NCBI GenBank assembly: GCA_963921275.4
Contig: OZ001293.3
Location: forward strand, 6,815,067-6,879,066
Length of the DNA stretch: 64,000 nt
Reading direction: 5' to 3'
DNA from: an uncultured Hormoscilla sp.
Lineage (GTDB): Bacteria; Cyanobacteriota; Cyanobacteriia; Cyanobacteriales; Desertifilaceae
Every line of letters begins with the position of its first letter. Position 1 is the stretch's first letter. Below, piece by piece: positions 41,108-51,682 of this stretch. The notes under the pieces are model-generated. The model saw nothing but the letters and a program-made list of their open reading frames with translations, had not been told where the DNA came from and ran no database searches. Both the position numbers and the translations under genes were made by a program.

Positions 41108-42094
41108 ATGAATAAAGTCGATTATCTCCGCATTAGTCTGATCGATCGCTGTAACTTCCGCTGTCAATATTGCATGCCGGAAGGGGCAGAACTAGAATAT
41201 ATCTGGCAACAGCAGTTACTGGAGAATGGCGAAATCCTGACTCTGCTGAAGGAAGTATTTATCCCCTTGGGGTTTACCAGGTTTCGTCTGACGGGTGGGG
41301 AACCGCTGCTGCGCCCGGGGGTGGTAGATTTGGTCCGGGATATAGCGGCGCTACCGGAAACGGAAGACTTGGCGATGACGACGAATGGGTTTCTGCTGGC
41401 AAATCTGGCTTCCGATTTGTACGATGCGGGGTTGCGCAGGATTAATATTAGCCTAGATTCCCTGGATCCGGGGACTTTTGACAAAATTATCGGAAATCGG
41501 GGTAGAAGCAGGTGGGAGAGAACCTGGGAGGGGATTCAAGCGGCCCACTCTGTGGGGTTCGACCCCCTCAAACTGAATGTGGTGGTGATTCCCGGGGTGA
41601 ATGACGGCGAGGTGCTGGATTTGGCGGCCCTGACGATCAACCGTCAGTGGCACGTGCGTTTTATTGAGTTTATGCCGATCGGGAACGTGCAGTTATTTAA
41701 GGATCGGGCGTGGATCCCGTCGTCCGAGTTGCGAGAATGGATAGGCGGGCGCTGGGGGTTAACGTCCTCGGAAGTGCGGGGGAATGGTCCTGCGGACGTG
41801 TTTGGGATACTCGGTGCCAAAGGGACGATCGGGTTCATCAGTCAGATGTCAGAATGTTTTTGCGATCGATGCAACCGGATGCGGCTATCAGCGGATGGAT
41901 GGTTGCGGCCCTGTTTGCTGAATGAAACAGGCCAAATTGATTTGAAAACGGGTCTGCGTCAGGGGGTAGATACCGCTGAGTTAAGAGAGAGAGTGAGTCA
42001 GTTGCTGAGGATCAAACCAGAGATTAACTTCAAGCAGCGAGATTCTGGGACGACGGGAAGTTACGCGCGCACCATGTCTCAGATTGGCGGATAA
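41108..42094 (+). CDS. moaA: GTP 3',8-cyclase
   Basis: [30 protein letters not shown]...PCL, MSQIGG. Confidence 0.96.
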   Translation: MNKVDYLRISLIDRCNFRCQYCMPEGAELEYIWQQQLLENGEILTLLKEVFIPLGFTRFRLTGGEPLLRPGVVDLVRDIAALPETEDLAMTTNGFLLANLASDLYDAGLRRINISLDSLDPGTFDKIIGNRGRSRWERTWEGIQAAHSVGFDPLKLNVVVIPGVNDGEVLDLAALTINRQWHVRFIEFMPIGNVQLFKDRAWIPSSELREWIGGRWGLTSSEVRGNGPADVFGILGAKGTIGFISQMSECFCDRCNRMRLSADGWLRPCLLNETGQIDLKTGLRQGVDTAELRERVSQLLRIKPEINFKQRDSGTTGSYARTMSQIGG

Positions 42095-42123
42095 GTTTAA
42101 TTCATCATTAATCCCCGTTTCCT

Positions 42124-42202
42124 CTAGGTTCGTAGTAAACGCTTTAGCGTTTCCCCTAGGTTCGTAGTAAACGCTTTAGCGTTTCCCCTAGGTTCGTAGT
42201 AA
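42124..42202. repeat. 32-bp REP-like unit x2.5 (GTAG + hairpin)
   Basis: CTAGGTTCGTAGTAAACGCTTTAGCGTTTCCC; relatives near 2490, 30870 and 36622. Confidence 0.8.
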
Positions 42203-42453
42203 GAATGGTAACCTAGGATATTAAGATCAATTACGCAGATACGATCTAACAGGTCTTAGGTAGATTGAAGACAGCGAATTTCTGCTTCTGCAACAGAGAT
42301 AAACAGAGATAACTGCGTGACAACGGGTGAGAAAGTTCATCCCCAATAAACCATCTGTAAAAGTCGTCGCTGGCAAAGTGTAAGATCCGAACGCGGTCCA
42401 GTTGTCTCCCTAGACGATCACCTGGGTAAGTTGTATATCTCGGTCAGAATAGT

Positions 42454-42891
42454 TTATTGAGATTCAGACTCGGCGGCGATCGCCTGTAAAGCGCGATCGA
42501 TTATCTCTTCTCGGTCAACCATAGTTTCCAGGGTAGCAGCATCATAAGCACCTTCATCAACTTCCAGGGCTGCTTTCTTGATAGCTTTTGGGTAAGCTTC
42601 TGCGAGAGTTTGGCGTAAATCTTCCGGGGTGAGGTAATAACCACCTGATTTCCGGCGCTTATTCTTCTTCTGAATTTCCCAGGCAGAATTTTCAATTGAT
42701 ACCTCCCAGGAACGAGTCGTGCGATTTGCTGCTTGCTGCTTAATTAGATGCATTAGCAGAATCACTCCATAGCTGGTAATGTTACTAATTTTATCGTCAC
42801 GACTCATTTCTTCCAGTTCTTCAACGACGACTAATGCCCCGGGGATATCGCCTTTGATTAGCAAGTCTTTCAGGGTGAATAGTTCTTCCAT
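42454..42891 (-). CDS. DUF29 family protein
   Basis: EELEEMSRDDKI, ILLMHLIKQQA..RTTRSW. Confidence 0.85.
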   Translation of the reverse strand: MEELFTLKDLLIKGDIPGALVVVEELEEMSRDDKISNITSYGVILLMHLIKQQAANRTTRSWEVSIENSAWEIQKKNKRRKSGGYYLTPEDLRQTLAEAYPKAIKKAALEVDEGAYDAATLETMVDREEIIDRALQAIAAESESQ

Positions 42892-43050
42892 GACATTTAT
42901 GGCAATTGGGCTACTATGATTGTAGCTTAAGAATATATTTGGGACAATAGGAGTATGAAGAAGAGGGCGATCGCACCGGTTGTATATGGCAGGTCAGCAA
43001 AAGCTAACACCCGGTTGGGTTGAGGCACGAAACCCAACCTACGGCGAATG

Positions 43051-43464
43051 TCAAGCTGGCTGAATGGAAACAACTGTGATACCTGTGGCCCGATGAATGG
43101 GCTTATTGGGTTTCTCAGTCGTTACCAGTTCTTCCGCGCCGACTGATATTGCCGCAGCGACGTGGAGTGCGTCGATCGCAGCGATGCCAAAATCGCAAGC
43201 TAGCTGATATGCTGCTTGCATGAGGCGATCGTCTGGATGAGCCCAATGTACCACTGAGTTGAAAAACTTTTCGTAAAAAGCAATTTCATCAGCATTCTTG
43301 TAGTAAGTTGCTTTGGGGATAACTTCCAGCAAGACAAAAATGCTGGAAGCAAATTCTCTATCAGGTTCGAGCAGGATCCTTTGCGCTTGGAAGGAAACAG
43401 CACTCCCACTATTACCTTGCATCGCCTCAATCAGCACTCCCGAATCAATATAGGTGCGTTTCAT
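43051..43464 (-). CDS. PIN-domain toxin
   Basis: TYIDSGVLI, IDALHVAAA, LVTTEK. Confidence 0.85.
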   Translation of the reverse strand: MKRTYIDSGVLIEAMQGNSGSAVSFQAQRILLEPDREFASSIFVLLEVIPKATYYKNADEIAFYEKFFNSVVHWAHPDDRLMQAAYQLACDFGIAAIDALHVAAAISVGAEELVTTEKPNKPIHRATGITVVSIQPA

Positions 43465-43470
43465 TTTAGT

Positions 43471-43983
43471 TTAACCCCGAATACCACGTCGCTCGTTTAG
43501 TTCTTGTGCCACCTCTTCCGATGTCAGCAAACGAACGCCGCTGGCGACTATTCGCTGGCGACATCTCCACAGATCTATTCCCAGTTCTGTTACACATCGT
43601 AATCTGATTAAGCTGGGTTCTGGGATATTTTCAAAAGCATATCCAAATTCTTTCGTCATGTCTTCTGCTTGAGTAAAGGCTGCTAATACTTCTTCTAGCT
43701 TACCATACTTATCGTAAGCAACGCCTAGATCCCACAGCAATCTCCATTCTGCTTCTTTATTGCCCAGTTCCCGCGCAATGGCTAGACTCTGTTCCAGGCA
43801 GGCGATCGCCTCTGCATACTCTCCGCGCCAACCGTATGCAGTCCCTAAGTTTCCCAGGGCTTTTGCTTCAGCGGGGCGATCGCCTCTCGACCGGGCGTCA
43901 GCCAATTCTTGCTGGAGGTCATTTATTTGAGTTTCTGCGGTGATGTTATCCTTTACCGCCGTTTGGGTTCCATGAGTTTCCAT
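43471..43983 (-). CDS. TPR-containing protein with an antitoxin-like C-terminus
   Basis: EAKALGNLGTAY...YAEAI..LEQSLAIARELG; C-terminal LWRCRQRIVASGVRLL.EEVAQELNERRG; 6 bp upstream of the PIN gene. Confidence 0.75.
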   Translation of the reverse strand: METHGTQTAVKDNITAETQINDLQQELADARSRGDRPAEAKALGNLGTAYGWRGEYAEAIACLEQSLAIARELGNKEAEWRLLWDLGVAYDKYGKLEEVLAAFTQAEDMTKEFGYAFENIPEPSLIRLRCVTELGIDLWRCRQRIVASGVRLLTSEEVAQELNERRGIRG

Positions 43984-44034
43984 ACTGTCTACCTCAATTT
44001 TCTTGTCCTGGAGCTAGTCTAGCACAGTTTCCCT

Positions 44035-45130
44035 CCGAATACCACCTTGATCGCGCCCGTTCTTGTGTTATCTCTTCTGATGTCAGTAAGCCGAGTCACG
44101 TGACTTTATTGTCGAGTCACGGACTTGATGACAGAGGTACGTGACGATCGCTTCAAAGGCAGCACCGATGTCTTGCTGGCCAGATGGAAACAACTGTGAT
44201 GCCTGTGGCCCGATGAATTGGCTTGCTAAGCTTCTCAGTCGTTATTAGTTCTTCCGCACCGACTGATATTGCCGCAGCGACGTGGAGTGCGTCAAGAGCA
44301 GCGATGCCAAAATCGCAAGCTAGCTGATATGCTGCTTGCATAAGGCGATCGTCTGGATGAGCCCAATGTACCACTGAGCTGAAAAACTTTTCGTAAAAAG
44401 CAATTTCATCAGCATTCTTGTAGTAAGTTGCTTTGGGGATAACTTCCAGCAAGACAAAAATGCTGGAAGCAAATTCTCTATCAGGTTCGAGCAGGATCCT
44501 TTGGGTGTGGTCAAAACCCGTTGGTAGGAGGCCTCCCCTTCTGTGCGCCCCGGGAGCGCTAACCGCACTACTCGGGGCGCACTGCCCAACCCTAAAGGGT
44601 CCGGCTACATGAACAAAGCCCGCCTGCGCGTGACTCTATCCCAAAGTCACGCGACTTTATTGCAGAGTCACGCGACTTTATTGCAGAGTCACGCAACTTT
44701 ATTGCAGAGTCACGCGACTTTATTGCAGAGTCACGCGACTTTATTGCAGAGTCACGCGACTTTATTCCAAAGTCACGCGACTTTATTTCAAAGTCACGCG
44801 ACTTTATTGCAGAGTCAGGTGATATCAGATCCGTAAGATCGACTATGGTAAAAAGGTATCCCCCCAGCCCCCCTCAATACTTTTCGGTTAAGCATTGCTG
44901 GGTACAGATCTCAGAGGGCAGTGGGATGTACTCCCACTGCGCGGAGTACATCGATGCCAAAGCATTTGGGCCATCCAGACGGCGATCGCCTTTCGACCGG
45001 GCGCGAGCTAATTCTTGCTCTCAGTCATCTATTTGAGTTTCTGCGGCGATGTTATGCTTTACAACTGTTTCGGTCCCATGAGTTTCCATAGAGTCTACTT
45101 CAATGTTTTTGTCCTGGATCTAGTCTAGCA
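44035..45130 (-). pseudogene. Scrambled duplicate of the TPR-PIN pair (5'-truncated PIN 44153-44502; TPR-gene ends near 44035-44090 and 44985-45130)
   Basis: Near-identical DNA to 43051-44025. Confidence 0.8.
44642..44817. repeat. 21-bp tandem array CAGAGTCACGCGACTTTATTG x~8.4
   Basis: Direct reading; same core as the 30548 array on the opposite strand. Confidence 0.95.
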
Positions 45131-45169
45131 GAGTTTAGCCTCAACCCGGTTTCTCAACTGCCACGGTCA

Positions 45170-45400
45170 CGCTCAATCAGAAATAGATCCACGGTTCGCC
45201 TTCTTCGACAATTCTCATTTGCGGCAGGCCGTAGAACCCGAAGGGGTACTGGTGGAGGTCAAATAGGTCTATCTGCTCGGGGTTATGCTGGTTAGGAGGG
45301 GGCTCGAATAGGCTTAACTGTTGTGCAGCGCCGGTACGTGCTTCCTGCTGGTGACGGGCGATCGCCTGCTTTCATTGCTCCAGTTGGACCATGACTGGGC
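45170..45400 (-). pseudogene. Fragment of a cyanobacterial GIY-YIG-family gene
   Basis: KQAIARHQQ...QQLSLFE; PEQIDLFDL..YPFGFYGLP...PWIYF; recalled similarity only. Confidence 0.45.
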
Positions 45401-46303
45401 TACGAGTTGTAGCGAATAATTTCGACCGAAAGCCTGGGGGGGTCAAAGGGTTTGAGCTGCTCTGGGACCAGAAAAATTTAGAATTTTGCTCGCCAAACTG
45501 CATAAAGTATCAGTCTCGATCCTATAATACAGTATAGGATGCTGGAGAGTGCGAAGTTCTCACAGAAGAGGACCCAGTCTAAAAGCTGAAACCCTTGGCT
45601 TGACTGACTTACAGTCAAATTATGCTCGGTCATTGCCTCCTTAGTTAAAGGATTTATTCAACTCGTTCTCTCGGTCCTTAATTTTCTCCTAACAGTTTCT
45701 ACTTTAGGACTATGGTATCTTATTGGTGTTTTTGTACACTTGATTCTGTTTGTATGGGCATTGGCAGCTACGATTAGTTTCATAGGCGAACAGTCAGCTA
45801 AAAAGGCAATACGGCAAGAACTCGATTCTCAAGATTAGTTGGCGATATAGCTAGTCCTTATGAGTTGTGCGACTGGCTTTTGCTGAAATCCATGCAAGGT
45901 TTTCAGCGGTGACAGAATGTTTACAATATTTAGGCTGGATTATACCTGTAGGCAGTAACACAATCACTTATTCTTTAAATAAGATTGGGTCTGTTAAAAA
46001 TGTGAAAAAAATACAGCTTTTTGTCCCTATGTTTTGGGTAATATTGTTTATGCTGATAGGGATTTCGACAATCAATAATTGGGTAGGATTCCTATTCATT
46101 ATTTTGGGGATTTTTAACTTCACTAAGATAGTTAAAACATATTACGACTCGGGTATCCAGGTTTTGTAATCAGATATAAACATGTCCCATGGGAAGTAAA
46201 AAATGCCGAAAAAATGATTAATGAGCTAAACGCAATAATAGCAGACAATTAGATTTGGTGAAATTTTCATCGCAACGACCCCAACTGGGAGTCTTATTTT
46301 TAG

Positions 46304-46693
46304 GTGAGGATATCGATGCTATCAGAAACAGACATTTGGGAAAAATATAGCCAGCAGGGAATTGTACAGGGAGGAGAACTTTACCTGTCAGTCCCCCAAG
46401 CTCTTAACTTTGTCGCTGACTGTCAGTTAAACAACCTGGCTATCATTGGCATAGAGGGTTTCCTCTACGATCGCAGAAAAATCAAACCTATTCTAGAGGC
46501 GATAGGGGATTTTTCCAGCGCCCCCAAAGCCAACTGGGACTCCTATCGGGAGATCTGCGATCGTGCAGCCAATGATTTTCTGCATCAGCTCGATCGTGTC
46601 AATAAACTCGTGTTAAATTTCGTGGTATTGTCGGAGCAAGAATGGGCATCAGAGCAGTACCGTTTTGGTTACGCGATCGCCCAAAATAGATAA
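46304..46693 (+). CDS. Hypothetical protein (possible immunity-type protein)
   Basis: 129-aa ORF; GELYL...ALNFV..C..NNLAIIGIEGF. Confidence 0.5.
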   Translation: MRISMLSETDIWEKYSQQGIVQGGELYLSVPQALNFVADCQLNNLAIIGIEGFLYDRRKIKPILEAIGDFSSAPKANWDSYREICDRAANDFLHQLDRVNKLVLNFVVLSEQEWASEQYRFGYAIAQNR

Positions 46694-46826
46694 ACGGGCG
46701 ATCGAGCACTCTAAAGTAGCTCCGGCTCCGATGGCGCTGCGCTGGGGCGCCAGCCGTGGCTCTGCCTCGGTCGGGCGAGAGAAACACCCCCACTCACCCC
46801 CACACACTTGGAGAGGGAAGAAAGAC

Positions 46827-47435
46827 TTAAATCTTCCGGGAGTAGTATTCCACCACCAGTAGCTCGTTAATTTGCAGAGCTATCCATTCCCGCTGGATGA
46901 TACCATTCACCTTAGCGATCATCTTATTCTTGTCAAACTCCAGATGGGAGGGAATGTTGGCCAAACCAGGGTATTGCAGATTATCTTCCACCAGCTTGCG
47001 AGAGTGATCGCGATCTCGGACCCCAATTTCATCCCCAGGTTTACACTGATAGGAGGGGATACTCAGCACCCGACCATTAATGGTCACGTGACCGTGATTG
47101 ACCAACTGGCGAGCAGCGGGAATAGTCGGGGCCATTCCCAGACGAAAGACTGTGTTATCCAAACGCATTTCCAGCAGTTGCAGCAGCACTTGTCCGGTAG
47201 AACCGGTGATGCGACGAGCTTTTTTCACGTAGCGCATCAACTGCTTTTCACTCAGGCCATAGTTAAAGCGGAGTTTCTGCTTCTCCTCCAGACGAATAGC
47301 ATACTCTGACTTCTTCTTCCGGACCTGACCGTGTTGACCAGAGGGGTATGCTCGTCGAGGAGTCTTGCGAGTTAAACCAGGTAAGTCCCCCAAGCGCCGG
47401 ACAATTCTCAGGCGTGGGCCTCGGTATCGCGACAT
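46827..47435 (-). CDS. rpsD: 30S ribosomal protein S4
   Basis: [33 protein letters not shown]. Confidence 0.98.
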   Translation of the reverse strand: MSRYRGPRLRIVRRLGDLPGLTRKTPRRAYPSGQHGQVRKKKSEYAIRLEEKQKLRFNYGLSEKQLMRYVKKARRITGSTGQVLLQLLEMRLDNTVFRLGMAPTIPAARQLVNHGHVTINGRVLSIPSYQCKPGDEIGVRDRDHSRKLVEDNLQYPGLANIPSHLEFDKNKMIAKVNGIIQREWIALQINELLVVEYYSRKI

Positions 47436-47772
47436 TGATTTTCCTTTTACTCAAATTTCACACAGGTTTATCATTGTAGGATATTCTGGGTGAAATGCCA
47501 AAATCTTGGGTAATTACTGCGAACGGTCAGGAACTGAGAGAATGCAGCCAATATGTCCGGAGCGAGGGGGAGGGATAATTGAGAGAGCCTTTTTCGGCAG
47601 GAGTAATTCCCCCCCTCGAAGCAATCTCCACGCGCTGGGTAGGAGATTGCTTCGCGGAGATCCGCTGTCTTCCCGACAATAGCGCTCAGGGATTCCCCCT
47701 ACGCTGCGCGAAAAATCGCAATGACACATGCAATTGGCCGTTAGCGCAAGTCGATCCCTTTGGGAGAATATC

Positions 47773-48063
47773 GTGCTAGAGAGAACCAGATTAGAGGCCC
47801 AACTGACGAAAAAGTTGATTCTGCGGTTGATTAGAGCCTATCGCACAGCTATCTCACCCCTGTTACCGGCTAGTTGCCGATTTTATCCCACCTGTTCCCA
47901 GTATGCCCTGACAGCGGTGGAGCGGTTTGGAGCGTGGCGGGGTTCTCAGATGGCCGTGGCGCGGATATTGCGCTGTCATCCCTTCCATCCGGGCGGTTAC
48001 GACCCGGTCCCCGAAGCTGAGGGGACAAACACCCTTCGCGAACGAGATGCCAAAGAGAATTAA
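47773..48063 (+). CDS. yidD: Membrane protein insertion efficiency factor (start uncertain)
   Basis: [19 protein letters not shown]...[17 protein letters not shown]. Confidence 0.92.
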   Translation: MLERTRLEAQLTKKLILRLIRAYRTAISPLLPASCRFYPTCSQYALTAVERFGAWRGSQMAVARILRCHPFHPGGYDPVPEAEGTNTLRERDAKEN

Positions 48064-48134
48064 CTTGTCTGTGATATAGCGTTTCTCAAATTGATGTAGT
48101 ATAGAATAATCGCCGGTAGCGCCCAACCAAGTAA

Positions 48135-48371
48135 TTACCAACCCATGTGGTTCCGCATGAGGAACGCTGCGCGCACGCGCAGCGCATAAAATCGAAACAC
48201 TACTCCTTCTATTAGTTCCGCTTTCTTAATATTCGGCATGGCCTGATACCGCCGCTCGAATTCAGGGCGACTTAGGCGATCGCCTTTTTCTAGCGGCAGG
48301 AGCGATCGCGTCGCTTCTCCAGTCTTCAAACAATCGGAAACTGTACCTGTTACTGATTTTTCCACTACCAT
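48135..48371 (-). pseudogene. Truncated Uma2 paralogue
   Basis: [17 protein letters not shown]...AELIEGVV, then breaks into mini-hairpin sequence. Confidence 0.8.
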
Positions 48372-48377
48372 AGTTGA

Positions 48378-49094
48378 TTATCTTGCCATTAACTGCTCGA
48401 CAAAAACCCCATGTTCTGATGACGCCAACCCCTCTTGCAACACCGCTATAACTCTTACCAAATCACCCTCTAGCAATGCTGGGACTGCTAACCACAAGCC
48501 ATCGAAAATCTCACTGCGCAGGACTCCCTCTGCATCTGCTTGTAAAGGCACATATTCCCCTTCTGTTAACCTCAACCAATCTAGACGGCGATCGCGCACT
48601 TGCCAAACGAGATATTCCTGCACGCCATTGCGGCGGTAAACCCTTAACTTATCCCGCAAATCTATTGTAGCACTACTAGCTGCTATTTCGGCAATCAATT
48701 CCGGTGCCCCTGCAACATAATCATCATCGTCGATCCGGGACTGTCCCCCCACCCTTTCCTCTAATCGTAATAGTACATCTGGCTGGGGTTCATTGTCCAT
48801 ATCTAAGCGTACCGTGGTATTATCGGCTAAGTCAACCCCAGGCGTTGCTATCCAGTAGCTTGATAACCATGCTATAATCCGAGCTTGCGGTCTCCCATGA
48901 CTGGCAATGCGTACTGGCGACACCATATATACTACTCCTTCTATGAGTTCAGCTTTCTTTATCTGCGGCATGGCCTGATACCGCCGCTCGAATTCCGCCC
49001 GGCGCAGCCGTTCGCCGTTTTCTAGCGGCAGGAGCGATCGCCCCTTTTCTGCTGTTGCCTCTGATATACCTATCACTGATTTTCCCACCATCAT
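48378..49094 (-). CDS. Uma2 family endonuclease
   Basis: [36 protein letters not shown]. Confidence 0.9.
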   Translation of the reverse strand: MMVGKSVIGISEATAEKGRSLLPLENGERLRRAEFERRYQAMPQIKKAELIEGVVYMVSPVRIASHGRPQARIIAWLSSYWIATPGVDLADNTTVRLDMDNEPQPDVLLRLEERVGGQSRIDDDDYVAGAPELIAEIAASSATIDLRDKLRVYRRNGVQEYLVWQVRDRRLDWLRLTEGEYVPLQADAEGVLRSEIFDGLWLAVPALLEGDLVRVIAVLQEGLASSEHGVFVEQLMAR

Positions 49095-49344
49095 ATTCCT
49101 TTACCTTATCATCACGCTCGGCGACGATGCCCTCACCCTAAAGGGTGGGGCTACTCTTACAAAGCCCGCCTGCGCGGGCTAGATTCCTTGCATTATCAAT
49201 GCAGCCATAGACTCACACCCAAATTACATTATATCCCGATCGGGGACCTGCTGCCAGCTCAGGAAAAAGTTGCACATCTGAAAAAGTATTGCTATACTCA
49301 GAGAATCAGGTCAATCCAGGTTTAATAGCAGCCTCGCAGCGCCC

Positions 49345-50058
49345 ATGTCCAAAAAACCCTATCAGCAAGTTCCCATCATCGACTGCCAAGAACCACTGGT
49401 CCCCATACCTCTGGATATATTTGCCGTATCTTCACCCCATCCTTATCAAAAACTGGGAGCACCTTATGGAGACAAATCTCCCTATTATCTGCGTCAAGGG
49501 GCGATCGATCGTCTCATTGCCGCCCAAACCCAGTTGCAACAGCGTCAACCCGGTTGGCGGATCCAGATTTACGACGCCTACCGCCCGATAGCAGTGCAGC
49601 AATTTATGGTAGATTACACCTTTGAGGAAATAGCTCGAGATCGGGGATTAAACCCAGGAGAACTAACCCCACAACAGCGGGAAACTACTCTAGAGCAAGT
49701 ATATCAATTTTGGGCAGTGCCTTCCCAGGAAGAAAGCAAATCGCCGCCCCATAGCACGGGTGGTGCTGTAGATGTTACCCTGGTAGACGCGGCAAATAAA
49801 ACCGCGAACATAGGTTCCCCGATCGATGAAATTTCCCCTCGTTCTTATCCCAATCATTTTGCCAAAAGTGCCGATCCTGTGGAACAGCAGTATGATCGAC
49901 ATCGTCAGCTATTGTGGGAAGTAATGACAACAGCAGGGTTTGAGAATCATCCCCATGAGTGGTGGCATTTCTCCCTGGGCGATCAGATGTGGGCCTGGTT
50001 GCGGAATCAAAAAAATCCCGATCGTCAGGTTATTGCTCGATATGGTGGTGTATCATGA
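49345..50058 (+). CDS. ddpX: D-Ala-D-Ala dipeptidase (M15D, VanX/DdpX)
   Basis: YDAYRP, PPHSTGGAVDVTL, EWWHFS. Confidence 0.9.
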   Translation: MSKKPYQQVPIIDCQEPLVPIPLDIFAVSSPHPYQKLGAPYGDKSPYYLRQGAIDRLIAAQTQLQQRQPGWRIQIYDAYRPIAVQQFMVDYTFEEIARDRGLNPGELTPQQRETTLEQVYQFWAVPSQEESKSPPHSTGGAVDVTLVDAANKTANIGSPIDEISPRSYPNHFAKSADPVEQQYDRHRQLLWEVMTTAGFENHPHEWWHFSLGDQMWAWLRNQKNPDRQVIARYGGVS

Positions 50059-50418
50059 TGATATACTCCCAAAGGGATAGACTTGCGCTTTGAGGATGCA
50101 AATGTGTCATTGCGAGGGAGAATATAAAAGATTTAACTGTAGTCAAAGCAACAGGAAGACCCTCCGCTAGCGCAGCGGCCCGACGCCAGGAGGACTAGCA
50201 ATCTCATGCGGTCCAGCGAGGTAAGAGATTGCTTCGGGAGGGGAGTTAATCAAAAAACACAAGTATATCTCAACTATCCCCCCCACGCTGCGCGAAAAAT
50301 CGCAATGACATTTCTTACTGCTTGAAAAAGCGCGGTTTATAATATTCAGAATATATGGTAAATGCTTAATATAGAGCGGGATCATTACTTAAAAATTAAT
50401 TGATCGGGGGACAACAAG

Positions 50419-50601
50419 ATGCTGGAAATTGTCGCTATTATCATTTTCTCGATCGCCACCTTTGCCTTAGCCTTCATCCTCGGATTGATTGGCATGGTAT
50501 TAACTGGTATTTTTATTCTCTTGGAAGACATCCCCAGTTGGTTGTGGACAGTTGTCCTGCTGAAACTGACGATCGCCACCTATACTGGTTTGCGTTACTA
50601 A
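50419..50601 (+). CDS. Small hydrophobic hypothetical protein
   Basis: 60 aa with two hydrophobic stretches. Confidence 0.4.
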   Translation: MLEIVAIIIFSIATFALAFILGLIGMVLTGIFILLEDIPSWLWTVVLLKLTIATYTGLRY

Positions 50602-50611
50602 GCATCTATAG

Positions 50612-51085
50612 GACATGAGACTTTCACCTCGGTTGTCTTGTGTTACCTGTCGTACCGCTAGACTTTTGGCAGCCCGGGATTTTACCAGTAACCTCTGGAG
50701 CCTACGAACTGTCCGCTTATCACCACGTTGTGCCGCTCTGTAAATTCTCAGAAGCAACTTAAAGACTACCCTCTCCAGCTTTCGCCAGGGAATATCCTTC
50801 CATTCATTCATCAATGTTTCCATCGTGCTTATGACGTTTGTATTGCTACTTACAACTTCACAATTGACATTACTGTGAGGGCGTCAGCGTATACCACCTA
50901 TTACCGGTGGTCGTTTGCTTCTCCACAGTACGACCTGCCTAATGTGAGCAGATGTGGCGCCTTTGGTGACTACTCTATCTATCGACCGGTAGTAGAGAGT
51001 ACATACCTGGTTTACTTCGTTCCTATAGATGATTGATCGTAGTTTTAGATGGACTCTTTACGTCGGGTTTATTGCCGGTGCTTGT
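50612..51085 (-). mobile_element. Collapsed group II intron remnant: partial ribozyme, RT N-terminal fragment, half of domain V
   Basis: W..IPWRKLERVVFKL..RIYRAA.RGD...VRRLQRLL..S..A..LAVRQVTQDNRG fused to GAGGTGAAAGTCTCATG; GGAACGAAGTAA motif shared with the two intact introns. Confidence 0.85.
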
Positions 51086-51305
51086 TGGTCAAGAAGGCGC
51101 TTACTCTGGGTAAGGAGGCTCCCGCTCCGGCCAAGGTGGTGCTTACTCCGGCCAAGGTGGTGCTTACTCCGGCCAAGGTGGCTCCCGCTCCGGCCAAGGT
51201 GGTGCTTACTCCGGCCAAGGTGGCTCCCGCTCCGGCCAAGGTGGCTCCCGCTCCGGCCAAGGTGGCTCCCGCTCCGGCCAAGGTGGTGCTTACTCCGGCC
51301 AAGGA
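51083..51305. repeat. 21-bp tandem array with two interspersed unit types, CTCCGGCCAAGGTGG + (TGCTTA | CTCCCG)
   Basis: Direct reading, ~10 units. Confidence 0.95.
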
Positions 51306-51378
51306 GTTACTCATCTGCCTTTTGGTAATATTGTTTCAAGTCAAAGCAAAATTTTTTGACGCCCTGGAATAACTCATT

Positions 51379-51570
51379 TTCAAGGGAATGACTCAGTTAT
51401 TCCCTTGTTTGGATCGATGAGTCGGGTTTTTCCGGTTAAGAGTTCCTGCATCATGCCTTGCTTCATGGCTTGGGTTTTGGCGCAGGCGCAGCACTTTTCT
51501 AAGGCCGCTATTTCGGCGTCCGACAGGATAGATCGCGCGTTGCTCTTTTACTGGTGGAACTGCAACATAC
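51379..51570 (-). pseudogene. Type I R-M specificity subunit (HsdS) C-terminal fragment
   Basis: VPPVKEQRAI...DAEIAALEK...KTQAMKQGMMQELLTGKTRL. Confidence 0.8.
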
Positions 51571-51682
51571 CCTCCATCCGGGTAATCACTCCAGCGTCCA
51601 TCATATCGGGCACCATGCTGAACAATGATGACCTGTTCGGCAATTAATTCACCCGCACGAACGACTCCCGTCCGAACTTAAG

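Noticed and set aside
49000..49010. CGGC-GCA-GCCG hairpin in Uma2 as another micro-insertion
   Set aside because: No length difference relative to the adjacent paralogue, so it may be chance.
50500..50823. Retron or functional RT
   Set aside because: Only ~66 aa of N-terminal domain, no YADD motif; fused to an intron domain V fragment.
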